Source: Neoconidiobolus thromboides FSU 785
Taxonomy: Eukaryota; Fungi; Entomophthoromycota
NCBI GenBank assembly: GCA_025603075.1
Contig: MU626371.1
Coordinates: forward strand, 4,276 to 68,275
Direction of reading: 5' to 3'
DNA length: 64,000 nt
This document shows, piece after piece, positions 38,225-52,563 of the stretch. The notes under the pieces are model-generated. The model had not been told where the DNA came from. It searched no databases and saw only the letters and a list, made by a program, of their open reading frames with translations. Numbering within the stretch: position 1 is the stretch's first letter; the number at the start of each line of letters is the position of its first letter. A program made the position numbers and the translations under genes.

Positions 38225-40420
38225 ATGTCTACAACAATGATTCACATGTAACCTTATACTGCTTCTATTCAATTAATTGCAGGTGCTAATCATTTTGATC
38301 TATAGTTATACTACCCTAAATCAAATAATAATCTTAGGAAAAGATCAAAAAGAGAAAATTGAAATCAATGATAAGGAATATCAATTAAATATTGAAAGTA
38401 GGAAAAATAGATAAATAAATAATTGTTATAAAAAGAGGAATTAACTTTAATATTTAGAAATTAAAACCAATAATGAATACCAATCTTTACTCACCGCTTA
38501 CCCCTTTAAACCCTATTTTGGTATTATAAATATAATAACTCTTAACCAAGGTAACTTATATTTACCTTATATTAGTTAATTAATCAATAGTTTATAATTA
38601 TTAGGGATTATAGTCTATCTTATAAAATCAATAGAAACCTTACCAACTTTCGATAACAAAACCATTCACAAAATAACTTCAATAGAAACTGTATTTTTAA
38701 TGAAATCAACTTGGCTTAATAAATATATATTATTTACAACTAATTTAATGATTAATAATGAATCCTTTTACTATTTGGAAAATGGTGATTTAACTAGTGA
38801 AGGTTTAAAAAGTGGAATAGATGGAAAGGGGGTAAGCTTTTATTATCATTTTGAGATTTCAATTGTATTTATTTGAATTACTTTTTTAGTATCAATCCAA
38901 ATTTCAATTTAATAAAGGATTATTAGAATACTTTAGTTGGAAGAAAGTAAGTTTATTTTAATACATCAGAATACATAATCATATTAATTGATTTGTTATT
39001 ATGTTAGTTCCATAATTTTTCAAACATTATAATCTCTGGATGTAAGTTTGTCTATTTATTTTATTTCGATAATAAATTCATTAATATAATTTTAAAAAAA
39101 GACATTGAAATTTTAACGGAAATGATTAATAAAGACAATACTTTAAATTGTTGTCTAATATCAAAAAGAAGTAATCAAAGGATAGGTAATTTATATCAAA
39201 TAATTAAGTAACCAAGTAATAATAATAATAATTATTATTATTATAGGAATTCGACTAATTGAACGAGGAATGGATTTATTAGGAAACTGTAGCAATACTA
39301 TTGAAACTGAACAGATTATACATTATAAAGATAAGAAGTATAGTTTTGCAACAATAAGAGGACATGTACCTTTATTTTGGTATCAAAATAATTTTGAAGT
39401 CATTAATAGTATTCAATTAATCCAAAATAATGAATCCAAAATGGTAATTTTATTTTTAGTTTTATTTATAATATTGCTTTATAAATGTAAATGTAAATGA
39501 AAAAATTAATCGAAGTTATTATTATTTAGTTTAGTGCCTTTGAAAAGCATATTCAAAAAATATATAAAAATGGGAAGCAATTAATTCTAATTAATTTATT
39601 AAAAGATAACGGAAATGAAAAAATACTAAGTGCAAAATATCAGGATTATTGTAATAAGAAAGAATTGAGTTATTTTCATTTAAGAAATCATATTGAAATT
39701 AAGAATTATATTGAAGAATTAAATAGGTAAACTAAATTTATTCTAATATATATTTGTTTATTAATGATATTGAATTTGTTTATTTACTCTTATAGTTATT
39801 CATTAAATGAATTATTAAATTTAAACTTTCGATTAAACTGTAAAAGTTGTATTGATCGTACCAATGGTTTTCAATATCAATTAAATCAGTTAGTATTAAA
39901 AAAAATAATACAACATAGTAATAATAATAATAATAATAGTAATTTGATTGTTTTCTCTTCTTTTTACAAAAAATATCAACAATGTTGGATAAATAATGGA
40001 AATAATTTATCAAGGTTATACAATGATACTAATTGTATCAAAAAATATATGACATCCTCACCACAAGATAATAATATAATAGAATTAGTGTGGATTTCTA
40101 TTAAGAGAAAATTTTATTCTTATTTTTATCATGGTTATAAATTTGATGGTTATCAATTTTATTTTATTAACAATTTAAATAATAATAATAATAGTAATAA
40201 TAATAATAATCAACAACAATATCAAAAATACAACTTTACTCAATTATTCAATTTCAATTTATTCAATTTTACTATCTATTTACTTTTAACAATTTTAAAT
40301 TATACATATAGAAATAATAATAGTATAGTTAATATATTCTTATCTATTGCTTATACATTAACTTTGTTTTTAAAAAAACCAATAACGTCTGTATTTATTG
40401 ATAAATCCAACGATAATTGA
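38225..40420 (+). CDS. Divergent SAC-domain phosphoinositide phosphatase (Sac1-like), multi-exon
   Basis: SKRSNQRIGIRLIERG, SFATIRGHVPLFWYQ, FRLNCKSCIDRTN (CX5RT), WINNGNNLSRLY, C-terminal hydrophobic segments. Confidence 0.8.
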
Positions 40421-40718
40421 ATAATTTAATTTGAGTAATTAATTCATTACTATTATTAATTAAATGGTATTTGATTATGTCTTTATTCTTTAATGGTATG
40501 TTAATAAATCTTAAATTGATATCTTCTAATTCTTTTATATTATTATTACTATTGTTATCGTTATGATTTATGTTAAATAATAAAGTATTAAGTATTGGTA
40601 ATTTATAATTTATTGTTATAAAATTCATTTTTAAATAAATTTGTTTTAAATAAATATTAAAAAATAACAATAATTGGGAAGATTGAAATATACCATTCAA
40701 TTTAATTGCTTGATATCG

Positions 40719-40757
<39 letters not shown>

Positions 40758-43026
40758 TAAAATATTATTATTTAAAATATTATTAATACTATCTAAATTG
40801 TTGCTTATTAATTTAACCTAAAATAATAATTAATAACTTCTATAATTTTAAAAAACCTAGCCACTTACCTTCGGTATTATTGTCATAGCATTCATGAAAT
40901 ATTGGTTTGAAATTAACCTTGGTAATTTTAATTTTAATGTGTTAAAATTAAATTTATTATATTCCAATAATTCCAATATATAGTTTTGAATCCTTAATAC
41001 ATCTTTAATAATTATTTTGTTTTTTGGTTGTCTTATTAAGTCTAAGTATTTTCGTTGATCTTCTTTTTTTAAACTAAAAATAAAAATAAATATATCAATT
41101 ATTACTACTATTGAATTTCTTTTTTAGATTGACTTTCTTTTTACCTCATAAACACATTTCTTTCACTTTTTAAACTCATGCTCGTATTATATTTTTCAAA
41201 AGGAATATCTAAAAATGTAAAGATATTAATATGTTAACTTTAAATAAACTTATAATAACCACATACCCCTTAATTTTAAATCATTTAAAAATTGTTGATT
41301 AGAATTAAAAATAATTGCGTTACAATTATTATCAATATTTAAAAATAATATACTCATTTCATCAGTAATATAATAGAAATAATCTAATAAGTGGACTCTT
41401 AATTTCATTACTAACTCATTAAAACTTTGTTTCCTATTTAAAATAAATAGACTATTAATATTCTATATAGAATATATATTCTATAACTTACCATTCTTCT
41501 TTAGTATTATTAAATTGTTTCATTAACTCATTTTCAATTTTATTAATTGATTTTTCTTTTTCTTTTTTTAGTAAAATCCCATTTAATTCCTTTTCTAATT
41601 CACTAGTTATATCTTCTTTTGGATATTGATAACTAGTAAAACAAGCTAATAGTAAAGCCTGAATAAAAAAATTCTATCAAAATCTACTCGCATAGTCATA
41701 GTAAAAATATTTTTTTACCTCTTTATTTAATTCATTATAATTGATGTAATTGTAATTATTATTATTAATATTAATACCATGATTATTAAACAATGTCGTT
41801 TTATAATAAGTTGCTAATGTGATTAATTTTTCATCAACGGTATTAAATAATTGAATATTAGAATCTAATTTTAATATGATTTCTTCACGTAAGATATAGT
41901 CTATTGGAAAAGTAGAAGATATCTATCGAATGATAATAATAATAATAATCAATATTATGATTCTTAATAGTAGCAATTGTGAACTTACTTTAAACTCTTT
42001 ATGATTTTTTTCTTTGGTTTTATTATACAAACTTAAAAATTTTTGTCTTTTAACTTCTATATTAAAATTAAATATATGAATAAAATAGTACAAATTATAA
42101 TATTATTAATATTACCCATCTCATTCTTTTTTGTATCTTCTTTACTTTCTTTTATCTAAAAATTCCTTTAATATTTATATCCAATCAATTAATTTAAATC
42201 TTACTTTATCTTCTGTCTTCTTTTTATTCTTTTTTTTATTATCAAATTTAAAAAAAGATTCATCCGATAAACTACTTTCTTCAAATAACTCTTCACTCGT
42301 TGTTTCTTCTTCACTCTCTTCTTCAATACTATCTCTCTCGCCAACGTCTAATGAATTTATCTTGTTTCTGACCTCCTTTGTAAACCCCCCATTCTCCATC
42401 TTCTCAATTTCCATCTCTTGATTAATACACATTACTTTCAATTTATTTAAAATCCTACTAAAATCTTTAAAGCCAGATTGCTTTCTAAACTCTATCTCTT
42501 CCTTCTCCCTTCCCACTTTCTCTTCCTTCTCTCCTTTAATCACTCTAACAAATGGACTCACTCCTTCAAATTTTCTTAATTTTTCAGAATCCATCAACTC
42601 TTGTAAAGTAATTCCAAGCCCTTTCTCTTCTTCAAAACATCCTAATATATGATGAAAATTTCTAGTACTTTGATCCATTTTACTTTCATCTAATAATATA
42701 CTTCGACCTCCACCAGCATTTAATTTCCTTTTTTTAATCTCTGTTCGTACTACTTTTTGAAACAATTTTTCTTTTATTAACATAGATTCATTGGGATTGT
42801 ATTGTAATATGGAGGTTGAATGAATCAGTGATGTATTAGGATGATTTGGTAGGGTGACATTGTGGTTGATAGAAGTGTTGAATTGTAACTTACTACGATC
42901 AAGAAACAGAGAAGTATCATGAGCTATGCCTTCTTTTTTTCGATTGGATATCTGGCGTTGGCGTAATTCTTCCATACTCATGAGGCTGCCATCTTCTTTT
43001 AAATATTTATTCAATGTTTTTTTCAT
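40395..43026 (-). CDS. Hypothetical multi-exon protein (charged/acidic N-terminal half, Asn-rich helical C-terminal half); 3' exon uncertain
   Basis: 283-aa first exon plus several stop-free GT-AG-bounded exons; family not recognised. Confidence 0.6.
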
Positions 43027-43730
43027 TTTAATATATTAGTTAATTGAATAAAGGACGAAATTTTATAATTTTAATTGTTTAAAAATAGTAAATTTTAAAA
43101 TAGAATTTGTTATAACTGTGATTGGTCTCAACATCAATTTGGAATCAACATTGTAATTCCAATAAAAATAAAATATTAAATAAAGTTATTAATGTAATAT
43201 ATAAACGATCTTATTAGATTAAAATTTTGTTAGCTACTTATTAACAACAATATCCATCTTTGATATGTTAATAGTCTCTTTCATTGAACTTTGATTATTT
43301 TAATAATACTAATTTGAGCTTCCTCTCCTTAAATAAAGCTTCTTTCTGTTAAAAATAACAAACTTTTTAACTTATCAATAATTAACTAATGTTTTCAATA
43401 AATATTCTCCTTTGATAATATTACTGTTAGATAAGACCGATACTTTTTAGATAAAACTTTAGATGAAAGAGTAGTAAATTATTGATAATATAAAAAATAA
43501 CTTTTATGTATGTAAATAAAAATAACTTAGTATTAAACTAAAATCCCGTTTCAGTTTAATTACCTTGAGTAAAAACATAAGATATATATTTATTAGAACT
43601 TATAATATTATGAGTCCTTCCTTCTATTTCAATTTTTAATTTCAATTTTTCAGACATTTTCTCATTTTTTTCTAAAAATAAGTTTTTTTGAACGTCATAT
43701 TTTTTAATTTTCTTTCTCAATTCTAAAATC

Positions 43731-44940
43731 ATGGAAGACTTTAAAGATGCCGATTACATACCTTACAGCGAACGTAGTGAATGGAAAGATGTTATCCCAG
43801 TTCAACAAAAAGAAGCGGATCATCCAATTGCACCGATTAATTATTCTTTTGAATGTAAGATAAATAACTAATTACTATTATAAAAAATAGAAAATAAATC
43901 TAAATTTAATGTTTTTTTAATATCAGATAAGGATGCTATGGATTATTTCCGTGCAATAAGTATTAATGAAGAAGTATCCGAAAGAGCATTAGAGTTAACT
44001 GAAACTATTATCAATTTTAGTCCTGCTCATTATACTGTTTGGTAACTTTAATTTTTTTTATAATATTGAAAAAAAATGAATTGAAATTTCTACTTGGCAG
44101 GTTATATCGTCAAAAGATAATCCAATCATTAAGTATGGACTTAAATCAAGAACTAGAATTTTTAAAACGTTTAGTCGAAGAAAATCCAAAATGTTATCAG
44201 TTATGGTAAGTTATTAGAGCCTATTTCACCTTCCTTCCATGTTTACTAACCCTCTCTCTTTTAGGCAACATCGTCAATTCATTTTATCCAACCTCAACGA
44301 TGCTTCCTCCGAAGAAGACTTCATTAATTTAGTATTAGAAGATGATAATAAAAACTTTCATGCTTGGAGTTATCGTCAATGGGTTATAAAAAAATTTAAT
44401 TTATTTTCCAATGAATTAAGTTATACCAATGATATGCTAACTAAAGATGTCCGCAATAATTCTGCTTGGAATCAAAGATATTTTGTATTAACAAATAATC
44501 AAGAGAAACAGTTAGATAAGGAAGTAATGGAAAGGGAAATTGAGTTTACTGTACAGAAAATGGAAAAGGTTCCTTTTAATGAAGCAGCTTATAATTATTT
44601 AAAGGGTTTGTTGATGTACTTTTATAATGAAAAGTATGCAATCGAATTATTAAATGTAGCTAAAGTATTAGAGGACAAAAAGATTAAAAGTAAACATTTA
44701 TATAGTTGGTATGTAGATATTTACTATGAGTTAATTAAATTAAATGATGATAAAAAAGAAGAGTTTATTTCAAATGGGATTGAAGTAAGTTTAAAATATT
44801 TATTAACTATTCTAATTTATAATATACCATTTATTAATTTATTTTTATTTTAGTATTGTAATAAATTATTATCTTTAGATATAGTACGTAAAAATTATTG
44901 GGAATATCGATTAACTCAATTTGAAGCTCTAAAGTTATAA
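43731..44940 (+). CDS. RAM2: Protein farnesyltransferase/geranylgeranyltransferase-I alpha subunit, multi-exon
   Basis: YSERSEWKDVIPV, DAMDYFRAI, SPAHYTVW, KNFHAWSYRQW and RNNSAWNQRYFV PPTA repeats. Confidence 0.93.
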
Positions 44941-45004
44941 AAATTAAAAATATTATATATTTACATTTTTAAATATTAATTTTATATTATATTATATTAT
45001 TTAT

Positions 45005-48000
45005 TTAATATATATCTTCATTATCAATATCCGCTTTATTTGGTTTTTTATTGGACAAATCCAATTGTTTTTGGTATAATTCAGCTATCTATTGAAATAA
45101 AAAGTGATTAAATAAATAGACAAATAAAAAATATATTGTTATTTGTATTTACCTGTTTACTATCAGTACAATTTTCAGGTGTTTTATCCCCTCTTACACG
45201 TATAAATCTTGGGAATCTTAATGAAATTCCTTTTTCTTCATCATGCTAATTATTAAAATGAAAATAGAGTTAATAAATCAATTTAATAAATAATAAAGTA
45301 ACATGAAATAACTTACGATACCAATAGCTGCTTTATAAACTGGAGAAATTGAAAGATCCGCTGCTTTAACTTCCCAAACCTAATAAACAAATAAATTTTG
45401 TAGAAAACAAATCAACAAAATTACTTACAAAAGCAGGTTCAAACCAAATATCAGGACCTTTTGATTCATCATAATTATAGTATGATTTTGGTGCTTGTAT
45501 AATATGATTTTGTAATTCAGTGAATTGATTTTTTAATACTTCTTCAGAAAATCCAGTACCAATCTATTATTATTATTATAAAATATAGTTAACACAATTA
45601 TTTTAAAATAAACTTACTTTACAAATACTTTGATATTGTTCTAGATCTTTATCATAACAGGCCAATAAATACCCGCCATAAACTCCTGTTCTTTTCCCTT
45701 TACCAGTATAAGCACCAATTACTGTTAAATCTACTGAATCTCCAATACCAGTCAAATAATCTTTTTTAACCTAAAAATACAAATTTTATTAAAATTAACA
45801 ATCAATAATTAATAGTTCAATAATTAGTTACTTTTAACCAATTACGTGATCTCTTTGAAGGTTCATAACTGGATTCTTCTCCTTTTAATAATTTGACCAT
45901 TAAACCTTCACATTGATCTGAGATACTATTATCTAAAAAGGTTTGTATATCTTCGACTTCATTTGTAATCAAACTTTTAGCAAAGTTAAACATTCCATCT
46001 AATTCATTAAAATTTTCAGCTAATAATTGTTTACGTTCATCAAGGGAAGTCCTTAATAAAGACTAGATAAAATAAAAATAAAAATAAAAATAAAAATAAA
46101 AATAAAATAACATTAGATATAAGCATTATTATTACAATATTAATTTACCTTTTCATTAAAATAAAGCAAATCAAAGCCAAAGATAACTACTTTAACTTTG
46201 ATATCTTCTTCTCTAACATCTTTTCTTTTACGTGTGCTTAATATTTGAAATGGTAATAATTTTTTTTCTTCTTTATCCCATGCTACTGCTTCACAATCCA
46301 TCACGAAAGATTGAACATTTTCTTTTTTAAACTAAGATAAAATTTAAAAAAATAAACAAAATTAATTTAATAAATTATCCATGTTATTTTGTTATTTAGT
46401 TCGACTTACTTTTCCAACATTAACAATGATATCTGGATATTTACTAGTCATATCTTCTGAATTTCTTGAATAAATATGCACTTCTCCATTAGGTAATAAA
46501 TGAATCTATTACATTATATTTTAGTTTAATTTAATTTAACTTAATAGATTAAGTTATTTTAATTATTCAATTTACCTGTGCTCTTTCACCATCATATTTA
46601 TATTCACAGATAAAATCTTTATTCGTAAATCGTTCAAATATGGCATCAAGTCCTTTAGTTGGATGGGCTAACATTGGTTTAATTGGTATACCTAATAAAT
46701 ATAATAAGTATGACTATAATTGGTTTTTTAGTTAGTAAATATTACCAGGAACTAATTTACAATGTTGAGCTAATTGTTCATAACCTTTTTCAATTAAAAT
46801 AGGTACAATTAATTCATAATTAGGTAATTCTGAATAAGCTGTTTTGACCGCTTCAGATGCTTCTTCTAATTCTTTAATTAAGTGTTCTTTATTGAATGTA
46901 CCTGTTTAATATAGAATAAATCCAAATTATTACTATAAATACAATAGTTCCGATTACCATTTCTATATAAAACAGAAGCTTGAGCCAATGATACTAACAC
47001 TGTTTTTTCAGCTAAACCAATGCGTAATTTACCTTCAAGGGATCTTTAGATTTGTTTTGTTTTATTAAGTTAATATTATCAAATAAATAAATTTTAAAAG
47101 AATTACCTTATAAGATATTTAGCTTCTTTACCTTGACATGAAATTAACATATGTTTAATTTTACCAATTTTTTGATTCATGGACTAAAATGAAAGAAAAA
47201 TCAAATTTAATAATTAAAATCCATTAACTTTAAAAAGAATCCTCACTGAACGTCCCGTAATTTGAGCAATTTCTTTTAAAGTGTTAAACACAAAGGGTAA
47301 GCTTAGTGGCTTAGGTTGAAATATTGTCTTTTGAGTACTACGAAATTCCTAATGAAATTTGATTAGTATCATTATTCTAGAATTCTATGGAATTTGAGTT
47401 ACTTGTGCAATTTCTCCGAGATCTCCAACTTTAACTAATCTTTCTTTAATTTTCAAACTACTTGTACCTGTCGCTTCCACTACTGCTTTAATTAGTACCT
47501 GTTCACCAATACCTAATTCTAGTCCAGCGTATTCGGGTGCAATCTAAATTGAACTATAATTAATTTTTATCACGCTATTTGTAACAAATGATAATTCATA
47601 CTCTATTGATACAAAGATAAATGCACATTACAATAACAGACATTTCTTTTTCATTATTAGATTTGGATTTTAATATTTGTAGAAAAAATTTAGTTAATAT
47701 GCTGATTTTTTCTAAACTAAAATAACAGGTTTGGTTAATATTAATCGCAGTTGTGACAATGTATTTGATTTGTTATCTTACCGCTTTGGATTAGCCTCGA
47801 TTTTTTCAAAGATATCACAAAGTTGACTATAATTTAAATTAACTAAACTAAAATTAAATTAAAGAATGTGTTAATATATATTTATTATTCTCAACTTCAT
47901 TATTGTTTACCTTTCATCTTTTAATTTAACATCAGTATCTTCCAGTTTAATATCTGCTATTTTTTCTGCTGCTAAAGCATCTTCTTCACTCTCTTTTTTA

Positions 48001-48553
48001 ACTGATGTAGCACTATCAAATTATTGAGATTAATATCGAACATTTGAAAAATAGAATTGAACTTACTCATTTAAGTCTACTTCTTTTTTTGGTTTATTAT
48101 TTTTAACTCCGAGTTGTTTTAAAAAAAAAGGATGAATTTCTTTTTTTGCTCTAGATCGAGTAGAAAGTGGTTTAATCTCTTCTTTTTTTACTCTAGAAAT
48201 AAGCTTCAATCATAATCCGAATTTCCATTAAAAAAATCACTTACTCTACTTTAATCTTGGCATCTAAATCTTGTTTTTGTTCGCTAATTTCACTCTTGAT
48301 TTCTTTTTTTTCTTCTTCTTCCTCTACTTTTGCTTTTCCTAATTTTTTTCTTTTTCTATCAGGTGATTGTCTACCATTTGAATTCTTTTTGTTGTTAATT
48401 AACTCTTTGATCTTTTTTCGATTTTCATTCTCTTTGATTTCCTTTACTTCTTCTACTTTATTTAAGTTCGGGAAAAATTCACTTACAATAAACTTTTAGT
48501 CTATTGTTCACAATAAAATGAAAATAAAGTTACCTAATATCTTTTTCACTCAT
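45005..48553 (-). CDS. CDC9: DNA ligase I, multi-exon
   Basis: Active-site [19 protein letters not shown](L)KVKKDYL, VRGDK; N-terminal MSEKDIS|EFF PIP-box-like motif across the first intron. Confidence 0.95.
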
Positions 48554-49063
48554 CTTTTTTGAATAATAGCTAAACTGAAGTTTTGATAGGTTAAAAAGCA
48601 ATGCTTTCTTTTTGAATTTTGTTATAAACTTTAATGAATTTATCTTTTTTTATATACTGTAAATGAAGATTTTTTGATTTACTATTTTTATTTTTTATAA
48701 TATTTCGATTTATGGATTTTGATTTGATTTTATAATTTTTTAAAAGGGGTTTTATTGGTTAATTAATTCGATTTTAGAAATTTTAAATAAAAGGTTGAGA
48801 ATACGTATTGAGTGGCTACAGTAAAGTAATAACAACAACGAAGGGTTTAATAACAAAGGAAATAGAAACTACAATGTGTAACATATAGATAATAAAAAAC
48901 TGTCGCTAAATTATATTATATTATCGATTCTATTAAAATAGTAAATTTAATGACAACCTTATTATTGAAATTTCAATTTCATTACTGCGAGTTAACTGTG
49001 CAAAAATCGACTTTAAAAAGAATTGACTGCGTAACAAAAGAACCCATCTTTAACTATTCAAGC

Positions 49064-51445
49064 ATGAAAGTAGAAGTGAATATTAAAGAAAATAGTCGAT
49101 TACTCGAAAAGGTACGCTCAAACATCCCAGGCTTAGATTTAGCTATTGTAGATTATATCAAAGGATATTTAGAAGATACCACTAGTATCTCCGTTGAAGG
49201 CGATGCTTTTCTTACGGATTTTATTGAGCCCTTTTTAAAAGATTCTATTGCTGAAGAAAAAGTATATCAAAATTTATGTCAAGATTTTAAGAATTTATTC
49301 ATCCAATACAATGCTCAGTTAAAATTAGATACAGATGAAAATGGACCAAAGGTATTACGTCAATTGGATGTACCTTTACAAATGACTAAACAACAAGCCA
49401 TGTCTTCTACATTTAAGTTTGATCCAACTTCAACGGATATTGAGTCAGCTAACAAACGTAAAGTAGCTTCTCAAGTGGATACTAAAAAATTAGAAAAAGC
49501 AGAAAAAAAGATTGCAGAAAAGATACAAAAAAGAGAAAGAAGAACTTTATATGAAGCTAGTAAAATTGTTACTAAAGAACAACAAAATTTGGATATTTTA
49601 GCTATTAACCCTATTTTGGATTATACTACTACTAAAGGTAAATCAAAAGATATTAAGTTGGATCTTTTCGATATCTCTTTTGCTGGTAAGAGAATTCTTA
49701 CTGATGCTTTATTAACCCTCGCTTATGGTAGACGTTATGGTGTGGTTGGTAGAAATGGTATTGGTAAATCCACTTTATTAAGAGCTATTTCTAGACGTGA
49801 ATTAAATATCCCTACTCATATCAGTATTCTTCACGTAGAGCAAGAGGTAATAGTTTTATAAATTTATAATTAAACAGTAATTAAATAGTTTTTATTAATA
49901 GATTGCTGGGGATGATACACCTGCTTTACAATCAGTATTAAAAGCTGATTTATTCAGAGAACATCTTTTAGCTGAAGAAATTAATTTTACTCAATTAATT
50001 CAATCGATCGATGATCAACTTTCAAACCCTGATATTGAAAAAGAATTAAAAGAACAGCTTGAAGATGAAAGAGATGAAGCTGATAGTAAATTGAAAGAAG
50101 TTTATACTAAACTTGAAGATATTGAATCTGATAAAGCAGAAGCAAAGTAGTTTTTTGATTTAGTTTATTTATTGACTTTTTTTGACTGATTTTTTATAGA
50201 GCTTCTACTATCCTCTGTGGTTTAGGTTTTGGCCAAAACCAATTACAAAATGCCACTAGAACATTCTCTGGAGGTTGGAGAATGAGATTGGCGTTAGCAA
50301 GAGCTTTATTCTGTAAACCTGATCTTTTACTTCTTGATGAACCTACGAATATGTTGGATATCCCCGCCGTAATTTGGTTAGAAAATTATTTACAAACATG
50401 GGAAAGTACTTTAGTAGTTGTATCCCATGATCGAGAATTTTTAGATGAGGTAGCTACGGATATTATCCATCAACATAGTGAAAAATTAGACCAATATAAG
50501 GGCAACTTTACTTTCTTTTATAGTACTAAAGAAGAGCGTCGTAAAACAATGGCTCGAGATTATGAAAATCAATTGGTTTATCGTAAACATTTACAAGATT
50601 TCATTGATAAAAATCGATACAATGCCAACACTGCAACTCAAGCTCAAATGAAAATCAAAATATTAGAAAAATTACCAGTTTTAGAAAAACCTGAAGATGA
50701 GATTGTTGTTAGTTTCAGATTCCCAGATGCAGAGTCTTTATCCCCACCTATCTTACAATTATCCAATGTTACTTTTGGTTATTCACCAGATAAAATTCAA
50801 CTTAGTAAAGTGGATTTGGATGTACAAATGGATTCAAGAGTAGCTGTTATTGGTCCCAATGGTGCTGGTAAATCTACCTTAGTAAGTTTAATTTAACATT
50901 ATTATATAACTTAATATTAACATTTTATTTAGCTTAAACTATTATCTGGTAAATTAGAACCAAATAAAGGTTTCTTAAATCGCCATGGTAGATTAAGGTT
51001 TGCTTTCTTCACCCAACATCACGTTGATCAATTAGATTTAAATGATACAGCTGTTGGTTATATGGCTAAGACTTATCCAGGTAAATCGGATGAAGAATAT
51101 CGTCGAAGATTAGGCTCTTTTGGTATCACTGGTATGGTGGGATTACAAAAAGTAGCTACTTTATCAGGAGGACAAAAATCGAGAGTAGCATTTGCATGTT
51201 TAGGTTTACAAAATCCACATATTTTAATATTAGATGAACCTACCAATCATTTAGATATGGAATCTATGGATGCTTTAATCGATGCTATTAAAGCTTTTAC
51301 TGGTGGTGTTATCCTTGTCTCTCATGATGAGCGTTTCATTAATTCTGTTGCTACTCAGCTTTGGATCTGTGATAATAATACGGTGACTAAGTTTCAAGGC
51401 AACATTAAGGATTATAAGAAAATGGTTGCTCCTCCAGAGCTTTAA
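49064..51445 (+). CDS. GCN20: ABC-F protein Gcn20/ABCF3, multi-exon
   Basis: Two ABC cassettes (GRNGIGKST, FSGGWRMRLALA, LLLDEPTN; GPNGAGKST, LSGGQKSRVAFA); no TM domains; likely start MKVEV at 49064. Confidence 0.93.
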
Positions 51446-51760
51446 AAAGGAGATAAAGTACTTTGTAAGTGTGAAAAAAATAAAACTTGTTTTTAGATCA
51501 TTGTCTTTATTTAAAATTAAATTTATTACTATTATTGGTTTGTATGTTTAGTTTAATATGCTTCTTTTAAATTTTAAATATTTTAACTTTTTTGTTTCAT
51601 CAAAATTCATTCTTTATTAAAAAGAATTCTTAAAGCAAGCTAAGCTTAATGTGCTAATTTCATTGGTCATTCAAAGAATTATGGGAATAATTTCAAACTT
51701 TTGATCAAACTCAATCTCCAGCTTAAATTTTTTTACCAAAAAAATCATTAGAAAATCAAA

Positions 51761-51958
51761 ATGGCAAGTAACTTTGGAGCAAGTGGTAAAGGCTATACCT
51801 TAGAAAATAAAGAAGAAGGTTTTTTTAGCAAACTTTATCGTAATGAAATTCAAAATCCACAAAATCGAGCTGGTAATTTAAACATCCTTTTTAATGCATC
51901 CGTATTTGGTGCCGCTGTTTTCATCTTAAAGAACTTTGGAGACGTTTTGTTTGTTTAA
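51761..51958 (+). CDS. Small single-TM protein, probable TOM complex subunit Tom6-like
   Basis: 65-aa ORF with C-terminal TM (ASVFGAAVFILKNFGDVLF) and FSKLY..E...P.NR pattern recalled from fungal Tom6; good AAAATGG start context. Confidence 0.5.
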   Translation: MASNFGASGKGYTLENKEEGFFSKLYRNEIQNPQNRAGNLNILFNASVFGAAVFILKNFGDVLFV

Positions 51959-52113
51959 ATTGAAAAAAAAAGTATTAGGGGTTCGTAGAAAATAAATTTA
52001 ACTGCTTTTTTTATTTACAATCGTTTTGCAAATTAATGATTTAGTATTTTTTAGTGAAAGTGATACCACATTTTAATGTAATTTTTAGGATAATCATAAA
52101 TTTTAGGTTAAGA

Positions 52114-52219
52114 TATGTAGATGTTTTTTTTTTGCTTCATTACTTTTTCCATCTTTTAAGCGCTATTTATGTAGAAAAATTATTAGTAAAATTCTTAAAT
52201 ACAAAAATACATTCCCATA
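52114..52219 (-). mobile_element. ~105-bp MITE-like element, copy 9
   Basis: Reverse-complement consensus match. Confidence 0.8.
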
Positions 52220-52563
52220 TGAAAGTTTATTTTGTAAGTCATTTATTACTGGTAATTATATACACTAAAATAATTGCTTTTATAAATTATATTTTCTATA
52301 GTAGAACTCTACTAACTAATATTATGTTAGAACAACTCAAAATTCTAATCTTCAATAATTGACGATTTAAAAAATCCGAAATTATTTTATTTTATCAAAA
52401 AAGCGAAGAGAAAGAGCCTCAACTAACTCTTAGCACCTATTTTAACTAATTGTAAAAAAATCTAATATTAAAAAGAATAATTATATAACTTCTTCCATCA
52501 ATACATTAAAACCACTTTTACAAGGAAATAGATGAATCGTTAAACGAACTAAAAACAAGTAAC

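Noticed and set aside
48950-49063. N-terminal 38 codons of the ORF-track GCN20 model
   Set aside because: Probably 5' UTR; family-like sequence begins only after MKVEV at 49064. Not proven without a TSS.
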